Below are positions 55,904 to 60,101 of a stretch of DNA of 60,101 nucleotides, in pieces; the first letter of the stretch is position 1, and each line of letters begins with the position of its first letter. The translations under genes and the position numbers were made by a program. The notes under the pieces are model-generated. The model ran no database searches and was not told where the DNA came from. It saw only the letters and a program-made list of their open reading frames with translations. Source of the stretch: Candidatus Onthousia faecigallinarum (GTDB lineage Bacteria > Bacillota_I > Bacilli_A > RF39 > UBA660); contig DVKE01000042.1 of NCBI GenBank assembly GCA_018716225.1, forward strand, positions 1 through 60,101, read 5' to 3'.

Positions 55904-56626
55904 ATGGATTTAAAGTTAGAACAGTTCGAAGGACCTCTTGATTTATTATTACATTTAATTAAAGAAAACAAGATGAATATTTTTGATATCGAAGTGAATC
56001 AAATTACCGAACAATATCTTGCTTATATTCATTCTTTACAAGATGCTTCCTTAGAAGTGGCTTCCAGTTATTTAGTTATGGCTAGTGAATTACTGGAATT
56101 AAAAGCAAGAATGCTTCTTCCTCGACCGAAAAAAGAGGAGGAGGAAGAAGATTTGGAAGATCCAAGAAATGATTTGGTAGAGAGACTTTTAGAATATCAA
56201 GCTTATAAAGAAATTAGTAAAGAGTTAAAAGAAAAGGAACAGGAACGACAACAAATTCATACCAAATTGCCCGAAGATATTCATTCTTATATGGAAGAGG
56301 ATGTTCCTCTTACAGGGGAAGGTTCTCTTGATTTATTGGTGGATGCTTTTAAAAAATTTTTAGTGCGTAAAAAAGAAGAAAAGCCACTAGAGACCAAAGT
56401 CACTTTAAAAGAGATTTCGGTTTCTTCTCGTAAAATAGAAATTCGTTCCTTTTTAAAGAAAAAGAAAAGAGCTCGTTTTTTTGAACTTTTTCCAGAGTCA
56501 TCAAAAGACTATATTGTCGCGACTTTTCTTGCTATTTTAGAGATGGCAAAGAGTCAAGAGTTAATTATTACGCAGGATGAATTATTTTCAGATATTATTT
56601 GTGAGGTGAAGGAAAGTGGAGTATGA
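55904..56626 (+). CDS. scpA: Segregation and condensation protein A
   Basis: LEQFEGPLDLLLHLIKENKMNIFDI N-terminus, 240 aa. Confidence 0.9.
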   Translation: MDLKLEQFEGPLDLLLHLIKENKMNIFDIEVNQITEQYLAYIHSLQDASLEVASSYLVMASELLELKARMLLPRPKKEEEEEDLEDPRNDLVERLLEYQAYKEISKELKEKEQERQQIHTKLPEDIHSYMEEDVPLTGEGSLDLLVDAFKKFLVRKKEEKPLETKVTLKEISVSSRKIEIRSFLKKKKRARFFELFPESSKDYIVATFLAILEMAKSQELIITQDELFSDIICEVKESGV

Positions 56627-57191
56627 AGCAGTGATTGAGGGCCTTTTGTTTGTGGTAGGAGATGATGGACTTTCTTTGGATCAATTAGTTTCTATTTTGG
56701 AAATTGGGGAAGAAGAGGTCAAAGAAGTGATCAAGAAGCTACAAGAAGAGTATCTTAGTAACAAAAGAGGAATCCGAATTGATTTTTTAGGCAATAAATT
56801 AAAGTTGACAACCAAAAAAGAACATAGCTCTTACTATCAAAAACTACTTATGAATGAAGAGAATAATTCTTTGAGTCAAGCCGCTTTAGAAACTTTAGCT
56901 ATTATCGCTTATAATCAACCGGTAACAAGAATGCAAGTAGATTCTTATCGGGGAATTTCTAGTAGTCAAATGATTCGGAAGTTAGTAGCGAAGGGACTTG
57001 TTAAGGAAAGTGGTAGAAGTGATATGCCTGGCAGACCGATTATCTATGAAACAACGAGTGAGTTTTTAGATTATTTTGGACTTGCGACGATTGATGATTT
57101 ACCTGATATGAGAGATTTTTTAGCTGATGAGAGGGAGGAAGAAGAATCTGAACCGGTAGATTTGTATCATTCAAAATATGAAGAGGAGTAG
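56616..57191 (+). CDS. scpB: Segregation and condensation protein B
   Basis: IEGLLFVVGDDGLSLDQL and AALETLAIIAYNQPVTR winged-helix motifs. GTG start overlapping the scpA end. Confidence 0.9.
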   Translation: MEYEAVIEGLLFVVGDDGLSLDQLVSILEIGEEEVKEVIKKLQEEYLSNKRGIRIDFLGNKLKLTTKKEHSSYYQKLLMNEENNSLSQAALETLAIIAYNQPVTRMQVDSYRGISSSQMIRKLVAKGLVKESGRSDMPGRPIIYETTSEFLDYFGLATIDDLPDMRDFLADEREEEESEPVDLYHSKYEEE

Positions 57192-57256
57192 AAAAAGATA
57201 AGAAAATTTTCATTTTTTTGTTTGAAAATTACAATCTTATGATATAATCTACTTAT

Positions 57257-57343
57257 GCCTGTGTGGCGGAATTGGTAGACGCGCTGGACTCAAAATCCAG
57301 TGTTAGCGATAACGTGTGGGTTCGAGTCCCACCACAGGCACCA
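57257..57343 (+). tRNA. tRNA-Leu (anticodon CAA)
   Basis: GCCTGTG acceptor, anticodon stem CTGGA/TCCAG with loop CTCAAAA, a long variable arm, T-arm GTGGG TTCGAGT CCCAC, and an encoded CCA. Confidence 0.9.
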
Positions 57344-57353
57344 TTGGGAAATC

Positions 57354-57363
57354 TGTTCGAACT
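57354..57363. repeat. att-like core TGTTCGAACT (reverse complement of 166-175 and 5926-5935)
   Basis: Exact match, 10 nt after the tRNA-Leu CCA end. It is followed by a 9-nt near-tandem repeat ATTCGAACT (57364-57372). Confidence 0.5.
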
Positions 57364-57451
57364 ATTCGAACTTTTGATATAGGAATCAATCAGAAATGAT
57401 TGATTTTTTCGTTTTTATGAAAAAATCAGCCTAGAAGAAAGGTTGGTGTTT

Positions 57452-57724
57452 ATGATTAATGTAATCAAACAAGAAATTAATATGGAGGAGTCTTTAAGAA
57501 AAAGATTAGAAATTATCTGTGATTTTTGTAATACTAGTCCAACGTTTATAAATGGTAGTATTAGAAAAATTGATAAAACTAATTTAAGTTACATTGAGCC
57601 ACACAGAATTATTATTAATGATATGACTTTTCTTGCTTTTAATTACTCTAATGATATCTATATTAATAACTTGAGTAAAAAGATTAAATTAACAGAACTT
57701 GAAAACTATATTAAATCACATTAA
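57452..57724 (+). CDS. Small conserved element protein, homolog of 5531-5806
   Basis: 90 aa from the ATG at 57452 (RBS GAAAGG). See the alignment quoted for 5531-5806. Confidence 0.6.
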   Translation: MINVIKQEINMEESLRKRLEIICDFCNTSPTFINGSIRKIDKTNLSYIEPHRIIINDMTFLAFNYSNDIYINNLSKKIKLTELENYIKSH

Positions 57725-57878
57725 CTATTCCCTACAAATGGGGTATAGACAAATCTTGTAAAATATTGTAGAATAAGACATCAATAAATGACATGCAGTA
57801 TCGTTATTTTTAGAAATGGGGTACTTTATGAAAGAACGATTTATTGATACTTTAAAATTAGTAGTAAATGTTTTATAT

Positions 57879-57932
57879 GAGGAGTCAAATACCGTTAGTG
57901 TTTAACTAGTAGTTTTTGACTCCTCTTTTTTT
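57879..57932 (+). terminator. Strong rho-independent terminator upstream of the recombinase
   Basis: GAGGAGTCAAA (57879-57889) pairs with TTTGACTCCTC (57915-57925), followed by T7. Confidence 0.7.
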
Positions 57933-57959
57933 GAAAACAAGAAAAAAGGGAGATGATAA

Positions 57960-59908
<1,949 letters not shown>

Positions 59909-59911
59909 AAT

Positions 59912-60101
59912 GCGTGGCACGTTTTGTTGAACTTTGTTCAATGAAAGTGGCGATAGCATTTTAAAAGACTTATGGAATTTTGTTTTATTACGGTAGTTTT
60001 AAAACAATATGGAATAAGTCTAAAAGGGTTCTAGGGAATATCCCTAGCCCACAGGTTATTTTGATGTTTACGTCAAAATACCTAGGGGGTTAAATATTTT
60101 G
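59912..60101. repeat. Conserved hairpin-rich non-coding segment (candidate oriT), inverted copy of 3055-3242
   Basis: See 3055-3242. It contains the stem CTAGGG/CCCTAG with a different loop (AATAT vs CTT) and the stem TTGAAC/GTTCAA. Confidence 0.75.

Noticed and set aside
5936-57353. The idea that the whole 51-kb segment between the two inverted recombinase elements is one composite mobile or invertible unit.
   Set aside because: It contains essential single-copy genes (era, glyQS, infC, rpsB, tsf, scpAB). The flanking elements are diverged paralogs, not identical repeats, and one recombinase is frameshifted. Recombinase-mediated inversion between the two identical cores cannot be excluded, but nothing in the sequence shows it.
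57828-57905. A 25-aa mini-ORF (MKERFIDTLKLVVNVLYEESNTVSV) upstream of the right recombinase. The minus-strand ORF 57902-58084 lies in the same region.
   Set aside because: The mini-ORF has no convincing RBS and its 3' end forms the 5' arm of a strong terminator hairpin. The left element has no equivalent ORF. The minus-strand ORF is antisense to the recombinase start.

Overview
This is a low-GC, standard-code Bacillota chromosome segment from a spore-former (yqfC-yqfD and spoVAC-AD-AE are present). All calls come from reading the sequence and ORF translations by eye; no database search was run. The core backbone holds rpsU, yqfC-yqfD-vanZ-ybeY-dgkA-era-yqzL-recO, a LOG-family gene, glyQS, infC-rpmI-rplT, rpsB-tsf, typA, spoVAC-AD-AEB, scpA-scpB and three tRNAs (Gly-UCC, Ser-CGA, Leu-CAA). 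There are four accessory blocks. (i) 166-5935 is an IME-like element (large serine recombinase, MobV relaxase, small ORFs) bounded by a 10-bp direct repeat, 10 nt downstream of tRNA-Gly. (ii) 6129-9467 is a double-glycine bacteriocin locus: a dual-HTH regulator, a C39-peptidase ABC exporter, an accessory protein, and two GG-leader peptide genes too short for the ORF track. (iii) 27564-53691 holds 22 co-directional ORFs. They join a Tad/Flp-like pilus module (CpaB-, CpaF/TadA-, TadB-, TadC-, pilin-, TadE-, TadZ-like) to a monoderm type IV secretion module (two VirB2-like, VirB6-like, VirB3-like, split VirB4, wall hydrolase, VirD4 coupling protein). The block also carries a class B sortase, an 880-aa Cys-rich secreted protein and paralogous surface proteins. 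I see no relaxase, integrase or prepilin peptidase in it. This block is the best candidate for an undescribed system. (iv) 57354-60101 is a second, diverged, oppositely oriented copy of the IME front end, 10 nt downstream of tRNA-Leu. It uses the same core sequence, and its recombinase is frameshifted. Other points are a shared Rho_N/SAP-like C-terminal module on ribosomal proteins L20 and S2, a thrice-repeated promoter-like motif inside the T4SS module, and several homopolymer-associated frameshifts that may be real or assembly errors.
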